Source of the DNA: Candidatus Latescibacterota bacterium
GTDB taxonomy: Bacteria > Latescibacterota > UBA2968 > UBA8231
Length of the DNA: 64,000 nucleotides
Direction: 5' to 3'
Assembly: GCA_965206595.1 (NCBI GenBank)
Contig: OZ242214.1
Coordinates: 5,984,001-6,048,000 of the forward strand
The notes beneath the pieces were generated by a model that saw only the letters and a list, made by a program, of their open reading frames with translations, searched no databases and was not told the DNA's origin. Shown here piece by piece: positions 38,601 through 50,672 of the stretch; within the stretch, counting starts at the first letter, position 1, and each line of letters begins with the position of its first letter. Made by a program: the position numbers and the translations under genes.

Positions 38601-40822
38601 CACAGGCGGACACGGACGACGCGGATGACACGGTCGCGCTGAGTCATGCGGCAAGCGGCGGGAACTACCAGGGCGTAACCGCGGAAAACGTGACCGTGAC
38701 CATTGCAGAGGTGGACGTCAGCGCCAACAATCGGCCGGTCTTCACCAGTGGCGATATCTTCGACAAAAAAGAAAACGAAACCGAGGTCGGCACGGTGGTC
38801 GCCACGGATGCCGATGCCAGAGACCCTATCACCGGCTATGAGATTACCGGCGGCGCCGCCCAGGCGCAGTTCTCGATCACGAGTGGGGGCGTATTGACCT
38901 TTGCGACCACCCCCGACTATGAGCGCCCACCCGCCACCGCGAGCAACAACAGCTATGTCGTCGTGGTCACGGCGACCAGCGGCGCGGGCAGCCGGGAACG
39001 GACAGCGACTCAGCCGATAACCGTCAATGTAGGTGACGTAGATGAACCTCCTGGACAGCCGCCGGCGCCGATACTGACTGTTTTCGACAGCGGATTCCAG
39101 CCTGTCGTCCTGGTGCAGGAGGGCCGGACACCGCCGACGAATACGGGTCCTGACATCACCGCCTGGGACGTTCAGTATCGCGTCAAGAACAGCGGCGCCT
39201 TCACAGCCACCATTTTGAACAAGCCACCGGATTCGGTGCAGGGAATCACGGGTTTATTCCGAAACACGACCTACGAGGTGCGGGTGCGGGCGAAGAACGA
39301 CGAAGGGGAGAGCGAGTGGTCTCCCTCGGCCGAGATAGAGATCCCCAACCAATCCCCTGTCGTCGACGGCTCCATCGGCGATGTGACGCTTCCGACGGGG
39401 GGCGCCGTCGTGGTCGTGTCCGTGGATGACGCCTTCGACGATCCCGACGATACCCGCCTGCGATATACGGCGACGTCGAGTAACGGCGCCATCGCGACCG
39501 TGCGGATGATCGATACCGAAGTCCTGATCCATCCACTATCCGCCGGCACGACGACTATTGCCGTAACGGCGACCGACCCCTGGGGCGCGACCGCCTCGAC
39601 AACCTTCGAGGCGAATATTCAGACGCCGACCCTGACGGCGCCCGCTCTGAGCATCAGCGGCAATGTCTTCACATTCGGATTCAACGATGACTTCGCGGCC
39701 AACGAAACCCGGTTTTACGAGGTCAGAATCCGGCACCAGTCGCCTGTCGGACCGTGGTCAACGGCCTGCATCAATACCACAAACACGGCAGATTTCTCCC
39801 GGAACATCGCGGCGTCGCTGGATATCCTGGCCTCCAGCTTCTTTGAGCCGGGCGCCACTTATGAAGCGGATTACGGTTACCTGGGCACCGATTGCGGCGG
39901 CAGCGTCGTGGGCGTTCGCTCCGCGCCTGCCGAAGCGACGACCGCCGGAACGCCTTCCTTCGATATCGACGTCGTCTTCGTCGGCAGCATCTCCTCGAAT
40001 TACCAGTTGGCGGTTGAAAACGCCGCCCGGCGTTGGGAGCAGATCATCACGCACGACGTCCCCAACCATCCCTTGTCCGATTTCGTGCGCAGTTTGTTGA
40101 ACAGGCTTTATCCCGGGACCACGGCACCCGATAACGTCGATGATCTGCTGATCTACGTGAAAATCGAAGAAATCGACGGAGAAGGAGGCACTGTTGGACA
40201 GGCGGGACAGCTCCTTTACCGCATTCCGTCCGCCTTGCCGATCGTATCATTCATAGAGCTTGACGTGGACGACCTGGACAAACAGCTGACAGCCTTTATT
40301 CTGCACGAGATAGGTCACACTTTGGGATTCGCCAGTGGACCGTGGACAGATCACCACCTGCTGCAGAACCCGTCCCTCGGTGTGTATGGCAACCGCATTG
40401 TTCCCGCGCCCGACACCCATTTCTCGGGTGCAAACGCGATTGCGGCATTCAACGCCGCGGGAGGGACGAGCTACACGGGTGCGAAAGTGCCGGTGGAGAA
40501 CACGCTTGGGGGATCGAGTGGCCAGGACAGCCACTGGCGTGAGTCCGTGCTCGACAATGAACTCATGACGCCCAGGATTGGCGATGCCGCTGCGCACCCG
40601 TTGAGCGCGATCACGATTCAGTCACTCGCCGATATAGGCTACCGAGTCGATGCCGCGCAGGCCGACGCCTACGTGGTGCCCGACGCATCGACGCGACTCG
40701 CCAGGGCGTCCGCGGGGGATTCGGTCCCGATCAGCTGCGCGATCATAACGCATCCCAACGCCGGGCCGGATCGGCCTGAACCCATTGTCCTTGAAGTGAA
40801 GCGCGCCGTCGAAAGCGAATGA
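32687..40822 (+). CDS. 3' part of split giant surface protein: Ig-like, Pro linker, cadherin and FN3 repeats, SwmB-like, LRRs, C-terminal leishmanolysin-like (M8) metallopeptidase
   Basis: AEN/DYE cadherin motifs; W..P...GP.I..Y FN3; LxxLxLxxNxL; HEIGHTLG...HW...ELMT; first ~55 codons of the called 32513 ORF are island DNA with no signal peptide. Confidence 0.85.
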   Translation, partial: VTTGLKEPYGLTLGAGLPAQVLKVEGASATLNLAGRFRDPEGGALTLTVSSSDEAVAAATLADSVLTIAPVTPGRVTVSVTARDEGGRAATLPVAVTVYPANRPPVARTLADRKIRIGSPARVELSNAFTDPDETDVLTYTAASSNEAVATAAVEGTGVLITPRKTGQTRISVTARDPKGLEASLSFAVTVEPKPPPRPPRTPPGSSSGDGDGDGGSVTPPPPTPPPPRPPPPPPPPPGPNRAPAFNDGPSTSRSVAENTAGGQDIQHPISATDEDRDRLTYRLSGDDADSFTLNTSNGQLRTRSGVTYDYEDKDRYSVTVEADDGRGAAASIDVTIYVADVDEPPQAPARPRVEPGDSKSLTVTWTEPANTGPGVDGYDVQYRKDGSFLPWPHDGDGATATITDLDLNTRYEVQVRATNDEGTGAWSSSGFGATSANQPPVFDEGGSATRQVAENTTGTSDIGAPLRATDPEGNSVTYRLASGDTESFGIDPNTGQLQTGTSVTYDYETKDRYTVSVEAQDEQGGRATIAVTIDITDDDNERPQRPDRPSVTASTLTSLTLRWTEPANPGPPITDYNVQYREVSSGAFTAAAHDGIRTTTTIANLESDTSYEIQVQATSDEGTSQWSESGNGRTVANQAPTFTDGTSTTRRLAENTTGAHNIGNPVTATDRDGGTLTYRLEGTDRASFSLDVNQLQTIAGETYDYEEKPSYVVTVRVEDGQGGSNTIEVTVALNDEQEPPETPSAPRVIPASSTSLTVTWDEPTNTGPDIDDYDIQYREGDSGGFTSWTHNGAERTATITGRSPGTSYEVQVRARNDEGASDWSPSGTGSTGANGLPVFTDGSSATRALDENTTGVQDIGDPVSATDPENTTLTYSLEGTDKDAFTIDTRSGQLRTDGDETYDYETKPRYVLSVKATDGHGRDRSILVLINLNDVNEPPSFTSDATLETEENNRSIGRVDAVDVDSGDRIANYTITDGADQALFQVNSAGTLTFKDAPDFEQPADAGRNNQYSVAVTATGGTGGRALTAERTITVTVTDVNEPPRFTSDNSLQVKENKRFVGRVAAEDVDSDDHITGYTLTGGADRDRFEITNTNELHLKEDPDFERPADVGSNNQYIVAVTATGGTGTRERRTEQRITVLVEDDDEPPGKPDPPTVSDETENNLTVTWTEPTNTGPDIANYHVQYRISGTFTDWPDTGPSLTRTITGLRSGRTYQIQVQAENDEGKGAWSNSVNGTTLTAPTVLGVVVTSTPASGQNNTYKLNDIIDVTVIFNEAVTVTGTPQIYLTIGTTVREADYKSGSTTPQLLFQYTVQATDEDTDGASINANGLKLNGGSIKNNASTVNANLVHNAQTNQFRQKVDGVVPSLTDAEVTDDELTLTYSEGLDSDPKPATGDFTVTAGSEVGSVTAVAVSNSKVTLTLASAVAPDQTVTVSYTPATNPIRDRAQNPAIALTNLTVANQTQDPTINICNRTAQVRDAIVAAAPVSTCGAVTADHLSAITRLSLFSKDVSTLKAGDFSGLTALTSLDLSGNQLGTLPENLFEGLTALTSLDLFANRLSTLPENLFDGLTALTSLELSGNQLGTLPENLFNGLTALTSLRLGNNQLSTVDENLFEGLTSLEDLSLYANRLSTLPENLFDGLTALRILVLSANQLGTLPENLFDGLTALTSLVLYDNQLGTLPENLFDGLTALTSLVLYDNQLSTLPENLFNGLTALRILRLGNNQLSTVDENLFDGLTSLEDLSLFANRLSTLPENLFDGLTALTRLHLNGNNLSSLPDGVFSGLTELEALILAGNTVDPLPITVSLESLASGLFRAKAHTGAPFEMTLPLQVVNGMIGSGAGSIEIRQGSIQSAILTVSRTAGTTAAVTVDVGTLPDLPSGDNGYALVKSTDLPLEVIEGLPGVTVYPTALTIPEGNSDSYTVVLQSQPTENVTVTVTVPGGSDASVNPASLTFTEDNWDDPQTVTVTTQADTDDADDTVALSHAASGGNYQGVTAENVTVTIAEVDVSANNRPVFTSGDIFDKKENETEVGTVVATDADARDPITGYEITGGAAQAQFSITSGGVLTFATTPDYERPPATASNNSYVVVVTATSGAGSRERTATQPITVNVGDVDEPPGQPPAPILTVFDSGFQPVVLVQEGRTPPTNTGPDITAWDVQYRVKNSGAFTATILNKPPDSVQGITGLFRNTTYEVRVRAKNDEGESEWSPSAEIEIPNQSPVVDGSIGDVTLPTGGAVVVVSVDDAFDDPDDTRLRYTATSSNGAIATVRMIDTEVLIHPLSAGTTTIAVTATDPWGATASTTFEANIQTPTLTAPALSISGNVFTFGFNDDFAANETRFYEVRIRHQSPVGPWSTACINTTNTADFSRNIAASLDILASSFFEPGATYEADYGYLGTDCGGSVVGVRSAPAEATTAGTPSFDIDVVFVGSISSNYQLAVENAARRWEQIITHDVPNHPLSDFVRSLLNRLYPGTTAPDNVDDLLIYVKIEEIDGEGGTVGQAGQLLYRIPSALPIVSFIELDVDDLDKQLTAFILHEIGHTLGFASGPWTDHHLLQNPSLGVYGNRIVPAPDTHFSGANAIAAFNAAGGTSYTGAKVPVENTLGGSSGQDSHWRESVLDNELMTPRIGDAAAHPLSAITIQSLADIGYRVDAAQADAYVVPDASTRLARASAGDSVPISCAIITHPNAGPDRPEPIVLEVKRAVESE
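37240..38070 (+). repeat. ~11-12 tandem 72-nt LRR-coding repeats
   Basis: cacactcccggagaatctcttt recurs at 72-nt period. Confidence 0.9.
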
Positions 40823-40974
40823 GCCGTCTGATCCTCAGCGCGCTCGTGGCACTGGCGGCCCCGTTGCAGGTCGGATGCCGAGCCCCCGAGCCGCCACGGG
40901 AGGTGGTCTCGAAGCCGCGTCCGCAAACGGCCATCTGCACCCCGGCGCGACTCTGGCGGGAATGGCCTGCCCGG

Positions 40975-41330
40975 GCGACGACGAAGGGGGCGGGCATGAT
41001 CTCGAAGCCGAAGACGCGCGGCAGCGAGGGCGCCGAGGCCGCGTCCTCGACCCGCGCCAGCCCGTCGCGAGCGTACGATGCGAGCAGCCATGCCAGGTCT
41101 CTCGGCTCGGAGAGCGCTGCGCGCTGCGACAGCGCCCGGCACAGATATTCCCCCAGGCCCGTGCCGGCTTCGCGGGCAAAGGCTCCCGGCTTCTCCAATC
41201 GGAGTTGGAACTCCTCGGCGCTTTCCGCCAGCCGGAAGGTTTCGAGCTTCGCCGGGCGGCCCTCGGCGTCCCCCCCCACGAGCACGAAGTCGCGCGTGTT
41301 GGTCACCGGAACGAGTCCGTAGCGGTTCTC
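40975..41330 (-). pseudogene. Internally deleted type ISP/IIG restriction-modification remnant
   Basis: YGLV.VTN.RDF...DLAWLLASYARD joined directly to GFEIMPAPFVVA, motifs normally far apart. Confidence 0.55.
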
Positions 41331-41475
41331 GACTCGACGTTGAGCTCGCATCGGCAGCCGTTTCCCTACCTTCTTGGCGGTAATCATTTCTGCCTCCTTC
41401 ATTTAAAATCCCTCAGGGCCAAGAAGCGCTGACCTCGCAGCCGGGGTAGGCCGTTCCCAATCGGAGAGCAGGTCC

Positions 41476-45048
<3,573 letters not shown>

Positions 45049-45304
45049 GGGTAACCGTCGGTACTTTTTCCAGCATCGAATTCACGCCTTTTGGACCCCG
45101 ACTCGCAGGGTCCAGTTCCCCTCACAGCACCGGTTGCTAGCGAGTAACCATTTACCTATTCTCACTTCAATAATGGTGTCACCTTTCACCATTTTTCGGA
45201 AAAGGATCGACCCATACAGGAGAAACAACTGAACATTTGTAATGTTCGTGGTTCTCCAACCCATACATCTTCAAAACTAAAGGCATAACCTAAGGGAGAG
45301 AAAA

Positions 45305-45439
45305 ATGGCGGGGACGAAACGTATCGTACGGGAGGCACCCAAAAGGGGCACGGTGAAGATATCCACAATTAAAAAGGCAGTTGCCAGTGTCAAGGGAAAC
45401 AGGACGCAAGGTAGGAAGTCTACTCGCAAATCTAGATAA
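45305..45439 (+). CDS. 44-aa highly basic protein (not in ORF track)
   Basis: MAGTKRIVREAPKRGTVKISTIKKAVASVKGNRTQGRKSTRKSR; RBS gggagag; ends 2 nt before next start. Confidence 0.55.
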   Translation: MAGTKRIVREAPKRGTVKISTIKKAVASVKGNRTQGRKSTRKSR

Positions 45440-45441
45440 GC

Positions 45442-46059
45442 GTGATGGATATTGAGCACAATGTTGGGAACGTGTTCATTAATTGCCCGTTTGACAATGA
45501 TTATTTGATACTCAGGAATGCTCTTCTATTTGCCATATTTGACTGCGGCTTCATCCCGCGATGTACTCTGGAGGAAGATGACAGCGGTAACGTGCGTTTT
45601 AACAAAATCCAGAAAATTATATCGGAGTGTCGGTTTGGCGTCCACGATATATCACGCACCGAACTAGACCAAGAGACACAAACCCCACGTTTCAATATGC
45701 CCTTCGAATTGGGCGTATTTCTAGGCGCAAAGCTCTTTGGGAACAGGCAACAGAAAGGAAAGGTTTGCCTGGTTCTGGATCGCGAGGAATACCGATACCA
45801 AACTTTTATATCAGACATTGCCGGGCATGATATCCGTTCCCATGAAAACAAACCTGAAAACGCCATAAGACATATACGAGACTGGTTAAACAACGCTTCG
45901 GGCAGAAAGACCATCCCGGGGGGGCAGGAGATTATTCGCAGGTGGAAGCGATTCGAGGCGGATTTGCCAGCTATGTGTAAGCAATCTGCCATTGAGGTTG
46001 ATGAATTGACCTACAACGATCGGACTAACTTCATTTCCGAATGGCTGAGTGTAGAATAG
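45442..46059 (+). CDS. Conserved hypothetical, TIR/NDT-like fold suspected
   Basis: VFINCPFD...KI..II....GVHDISR...PRFNMPFELG...SDIAG.D; lower GC than flanks. Confidence 0.7.
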   Translation: MMDIEHNVGNVFINCPFDNDYLILRNALLFAIFDCGFIPRCTLEEDDSGNVRFNKIQKIISECRFGVHDISRTELDQETQTPRFNMPFELGVFLGAKLFGNRQQKGKVCLVLDREEYRYQTFISDIAGHDIRSHENKPENAIRHIRDWLNNASGRKTIPGGQEIIRRWKRFEADLPAMCKQSAIEVDELTYNDRTNFISEWLSVE

Positions 46060-46400
46060 TCATCTACATCAAGTCTTTCGCTCGCGATACCAGGATGTTC
46101 CAGGTGTAAAGGGTTTCGTGCCTTCCATCCTTCAGAAAAGCTACGGCCTTTTCCCGCTCTCCATCTTCCAGGTCCAAATAGCGCAGCCGCTTTACCACCA
46201 GTCCCTTTGGCCAGCAGTCATATCTGCTCGTGGGTGTCTTTGTCGCAGATGTTGTGACGGCTGGCGAATTCGGAGACCGTGGCCAGTTCTTTGCCTGTAT
46301 GCTCCTCACTTCAGGGTAGCATGGCGAAATCCGCTTCGTCTGTTTACAATTTGGACATTGCAGGCCCTGTTTGGAAACTCGCCCAGAAGAGGGCAATGAC

Positions 46401-47531
46401 TTGATCGGACAGAGGCTCAAGCTCTCACGTACCGCGGCCGGCATGTCCCTTCGCGGCCTGGAGGAACGCATCGGAAACCGGGTAACGGCGCAGGCGATCG
46501 GCAAGTACGAGCGCGACGAATCCATGCCCAGCTCGGGAGTCCTCATTGCGCTGGCCGACGCCCTTGCGGTCCCGGTGGACTATCTGCTCGGTGACCAGGA
46601 AATGGCGCTGGAATCCGTCGAGTTCCGCAAGAAGAAGATCACGGGGAGGCGTGAGGAGGCGCAGGTCGAGGCAAAGGTCCTGCACTTGCTGGAGCGCTAC
46701 CTCATGGTCGAGGAGTTTCTCGGGCTGACCAGCATCAACTGGGACAAGCCCCGGGAAGCCCCCTACCCTATCGTCAGCGGCCCCGCGGAGGCTGATCGGG
46801 CCGCTCACAGCCTCCGCTCGTACTGGGGCCTGGGCCTCGACCCTATCCCCAATCTGGTTGAGCTGATGGAAGAGCACGGTATCAAGGTGCTTTCATGTCC
46901 CCTCGGGAAGATCGACGGGCTTACGGCCCGGGTGCGCCGCGCCGGCAGCACCCCGGTTCCCGTTCTCGTCGTGAACGACAGCGACTGGGGAGAGCGGCAG
47001 CGGTTGACGATGGCGCACGAGCTTGGACATCTGGTCCTGGAAGTAGCCCCAAAGGTAGATGCCGAAAGGGCCGCCTTCCGTTTTGCCGGAGCATTCCTGA
47101 TGCCTGCCGAGGCCCTGTGGGCTGCCATGGGCAAGCGCCGCAGTTCCATCGGCTGGGAGGAACTCTTTGACCTCAAGCAGCTATTCGGGGTGAGCGTTCA
47201 GGCTCTCACCTATCGGTGCAAGGACCTTGGAATCTTCAGCGAAACCCTGTACCGGCGGCTGTTCAAGGACATCTCGCAATTAGGCTGGCGCACGCCTCCC
47301 TACCGGGAGCCCCTCGCCATGAAGAGGGAGAAGCCCCGACGTTTCGAGCGCCTGTGCTTCCGCGCCCTGGCCGAGGGCGCGATCTCCGAACCCAAGGCAG
47401 CGGAGCTGCTGGAAATCTCCGCCTACGCCCTGAACCAGCGCATGGAAGAGCCCCCGGCCCTGGAAGAATCGCCAGACCTGGAGTATGCGGGCAATGAAGG
47501 TGCTGGTCTCGGACACCTCCGTCCTGATTGA
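46401..47531 (+). CDS. XRE HTH + ImmA/IrrE metallopeptidase
   Basis: N-terminal HTH_3; RQRLTMAHELGH; FAGAFLMP. Confidence 0.9.
   Translation: MIGQRLKLSRTAAGMSLRGLEERIGNRVTAQAIGKYERDESMPSSGVLIALADALAVPVDYLLGDQEMALESVEFRKKKITGRREEAQVEAKVLHLLERYLMVEEFLGLTSINWDKPREAPYPIVSGPAEADRAAHSLRSYWGLGLDPIPNLVELMEEHGIKVLSCPLGKIDGLTARVRRAGSTPVPVLVVNDSDWGERQRLTMAHELGHLVLEVAPKVDAERAAFRFAGAFLMPAEALWAAMGKRRSSIGWEELFDLKQLFGVSVQALTYRCKDLGIFSETLYRRLFKDISQLGWRTPPYREPLAMKREKPRRFERLCFRALAEGAISEPKAAELLEISAYALNQRMEEPPALEESPDLEYAGNEGAGLGHLRPD
47494..47530 (+). pseudogene. First ~13 codons of a PIN-domain gene
   Basis: MKVLVSDTSVLID PIN first-strand motif at the usual overlap position after an XRE-ImmA gene. Confidence 0.55.
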
Positions 47532-50443
47532 CCCGAGCAAGGAGAGGAAACATCTACCGCAAAAAGCTCATCGAGGTCGCCCTGCCCCTCGACGCCATCA
47601 ACGCCGCGTCGGCGCGGGAAAAGTCGATCCGGCACGGGCACCCGAGCACCCTGCATCTCTGGTGGGCGCGCCGGCCCCTGGCGGCGGCGCGGGCGGTGAT
47701 CTTCGCGCAGATGGTGGACGATCCCTCGGCCTGCCCCGAGGAGTTCCCCACCGAGGCGGACCAGAAGCAGGAACGCAAGCGGCTGTTCGGTCTCATCGAG
47801 GAGTTGGTCCGCTGGGAGAACACCACCAACGAGAAGCTGCTGGAACAGGCGCGGGCGGAGATTCGAAAGAGCTGGCGCCGCACCTGCGCCGACAATGCCG
47901 GGCATCAGCGCGCCTGCGACCTGTTCGACCCGGACAGACTGCCGGCCTTTCACGATCCCTTCGCGGGCGGCGGCGCCCTGCCGCTGGAGGCCCAGCGCCT
48001 GGGGCTGGAGGCCCATGCCAGCGACCTCAACCCGGTGGCGGTGCTCATCAACAAGGCGATGATCGAGATCCCGCCCAAGTTCGCCGGCCGGCCGCCGGTC
48101 AACCCGGAGGCCCGGCCCGGCGGCTCGTCGGCCAAGGCGTCGCTGATCGAACGCGGCTGGACCGGCGCGCAAGGGCTCGCCGAGGACGTGCGCTACTACG
48201 GGCAGTGGATGCGCGACGAGGCGGAGCGGCGCATCGGGCATCTGTATCCGCCGGTCGAGGTCAGCGCGGAGATGGTGCGGGAGCGGCCCGACCTCAAGCA
48301 GTACCAGGGCCGCAAGCTGACGGTGATCGCCTGGCTGTGGGCGCGCACGGTGAAGAGCCCGAACCCGGCCTTCGCCGACGTCGACGTGCCGCTGGCCTCG
48401 ACCTTCATGCTGTCGACGAAGCGGGGCAAGGAGGCGTATGTCGAGCCGGTGATCGAGGGGCGCGGGTACCGATTCGCGGTGAAGGTGGGGGAGCCGCCGG
48501 ATCCCGAGGCGGCCAAGGCCGGGACCAAGCTGGCACGGGGAGCGAACTTCCGCTGTGTGATGTCGGGGTCACCGATGGCAGGGGACTACATCAAGGCCGA
48601 GGGGAAGGCCGGGCGTATGGGTGCACAGCTGATGGCGATCGTGGCGGGGGGCGATCGGGGGCGAGTGTATCTCACGCCGACGCCAGAACATGAAGCGGTT
48701 GCACATGATGCACAACCAGAGTGGGCACCAGATGTCGAGTTCTTCCAGCAGGCACTTGGTTTTCGCGTTGGCGGCTACGGTATGGCTAATTGGGGCGACC
48801 TCTTCACTCCTCGCCAACTCACCATGCTTTCAACCTTGTCTGACCTGGTGGGTGACGCACGCGAACGCATCGCACGTGACGCCGGGGTGGAGTGCCCGGG
48901 TAACGACTGCCAGCCGTTGCGCGACGGTGGCATTGGTGCCACAGCTTACGCCGAGGCGGTCACGGTATATCTGGGATTTGCACTGAGCAAACAGGCCGAC
49001 TTGGGGAATAGCCTCTGTGCCTGGGAGCCCATCGCGCAGTGTCCACGTCATCTCTTCGGGCGACAGGCGATTCCCATGGTCTGGGACTACCCCGAAGGCA
49101 ATCCTCTTGGCGACAGCTCAGGTGCCTGGACCGTCCTCATTGACGGCATCGTCAAAGCGTTCTCGAAAGCATTTGGGACCGTCCAAACGAGTGCGTCAGG
49201 ACGTTCCCAACAAGCAGATGCCGGAGCGCAACGTATCTCTTGCGACAGACTGATATCCACCGATCCACCCTACTACGACAACATCGGCTATGCCGATCTG
49301 TCTGACTTCTTCTACGTCTGGCTACGCCGTTCACTACGGCCCGTTTTCCCAGATCTTTTCTCTACGCTTGCCGTACCCAAGGACGGGGAGCTTGTCGCCA
49401 CACCTGATCGTCATGGTGGCAAGGAAAAGGCAGAAACCTTCTTTCTCAACGGCATGTCCCAAGCGATGAATTGCTTTGCCAGTCAGGCGCATCCCGGTTT
49501 TCCGGTAAGCATCTACTACGCTTTCAAGCAGTCCGAGAGTCTTGGTGACGCTGGCACTGCCAGCACCGGCTGGGAAACCTTCCTCGGTGCAGTGATCCGC
49601 ACTGGCTTCTCCGTCACGGGTACTTGGCCCGTGAGAACAGAGAACAGCAGCCGTATGCGCGGAATGGACTCCAACGCCCTCGCCTCGAGCATCGTCCTCG
49701 TCTGCCGCAAGCGCCCCCAAGACGCGCCTCTGGCCACCCGCCGCGAGTTCGTCGCCGCCCTGAAGGCCGAGCTTCCCGCGGCCCTCGCGCACCTGCAATC
49801 CGGAAACATCGCCCCCGTCGACCTCGCCCAGGCCGCCATCGGCCCTGGCATGGGGGTCTACACCCGCTACGTCAGGGTGCTCGACGCCCAGGGCAACCCC
49901 GTCTCCGTGCGCGACGCCCTGGCGTTGATCAACCACACACTCGACGAGGTGCTCGCCGAGCAGGAAGGGGAGTTCGACGCCGACACCCGCTGGGCCCTGG
50001 CTTGGTTCGAGCAGCAGGGCTTCACCGCCGGCGAGTACGGCGTGGCCGAGACCCTGTCCACTGCCAAGAACACCAGCGTCGCGGGGATGGTGGAGGCGGG
50101 CATACTGGAGTCGAAGGCCGGCAAGGTGCGGCTGCTCCGCCCAGAGGAGCTTCCCGAGGACTGGGACCCGGCGGCGGACCGCCGGCTTCCCGTCTGGGAG
50201 GTTGTTCACCACCTCGTGAGGGTTCTGGAATCCGCCGGCGAAACCGGGGCCGCGAGGCTCGTCAGGCAACTCGGCGGCGTGGCCGAGACCGCCCGCGAAC
50301 TCGCCTATCGTCTGTACGCGGTTGCCGAGCGCAAGAACCGCGCCGCCGAGGCGCTGTCCTATAATGGTCTGGTCCAGAGCTGGCCGGAGATCGCGCGCCT
50401 TGCGCGGCAGGAGGCGCCGGCCGAGCAAGCGGGGTTTCTATAA
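47528..50443 (+). CDS. DUF1156 adenine DNA methyltransferase
   Basis: KKLIEVALPL, LHLWWARRPL, DPFAGGG, TDPPYYD. Confidence 0.92.
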   Translation: MTRARRGNIYRKKLIEVALPLDAINAASAREKSIRHGHPSTLHLWWARRPLAAARAVIFAQMVDDPSACPEEFPTEADQKQERKRLFGLIEELVRWENTTNEKLLEQARAEIRKSWRRTCADNAGHQRACDLFDPDRLPAFHDPFAGGGALPLEAQRLGLEAHASDLNPVAVLINKAMIEIPPKFAGRPPVNPEARPGGSSAKASLIERGWTGAQGLAEDVRYYGQWMRDEAERRIGHLYPPVEVSAEMVRERPDLKQYQGRKLTVIAWLWARTVKSPNPAFADVDVPLASTFMLSTKRGKEAYVEPVIEGRGYRFAVKVGEPPDPEAAKAGTKLARGANFRCVMSGSPMAGDYIKAEGKAGRMGAQLMAIVAGGDRGRVYLTPTPEHEAVAHDAQPEWAPDVEFFQQALGFRVGGYGMANWGDLFTPRQLTMLSTLSDLVGDARERIARDAGVECPGNDCQPLRDGGIGATAYAEAVTVYLGFALSKQADLGNSLCAWEPIAQCPRHLFGRQAIPMVWDYPEGNPLGDSSGAWTVLIDGIVKAFSKAFGTVQTSASGRSQQADAGAQRISCDRLISTDPPYYDNIGYADLSDFFYVWLRRSLRPVFPDLFSTLAVPKDGELVATPDRHGGKEKAETFFLNGMSQAMNCFASQAHPGFPVSIYYAFKQSESLGDAGTASTGWETFLGAVIRTGFSVTGTWPVRTENSSRMRGMDSNALASSIVLVCRKRPQDAPLATRREFVAALKAELPAALAHLQSGNIAPVDLAQAAIGPGMGVYTRYVRVLDAQGNPVSVRDALALINHTLDEVLAEQEGEFDADTRWALAWFEQQGFTAGEYGVAETLSTAKNTSVAGMVEAGILESKAGKVRLLRPEELPEDWDPAADRRLPVWEVVHHLVRVLESAGETGAARLVRQLGGVAETARELAYRLYAVAERKNRAAEALSYNGLVQSWPEIARLARQEAPAEQAGFL

Positions 50444-50672
50444 GCTTGGCGATATGGACGTTTTTTCTGAACGGTGGGTGGGCTGCTGACGGGGCGCGTA
50501 ATGTAATGTATTGGCTTCTGCGACCGGAGGAACCTGAGGCCGGAACCGACAACGGATATGCTCCCGCAGCAATCATCCGGCGCATCCCTCCAGCGCGAAA
50601 AAAGAAAAGGATCACAACGGAGAAGGGGATTCTTCCCTCTCGCTCACGGACCACTAGTGGTACGTTCCCGAT

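Noticed and set aside
45305-45439. Histone-fold resemblance of KRGTVK...IKKAV
   Set aside because: Too short for a histone fold and lacks the conserved Asp; kept only as a basic peptide
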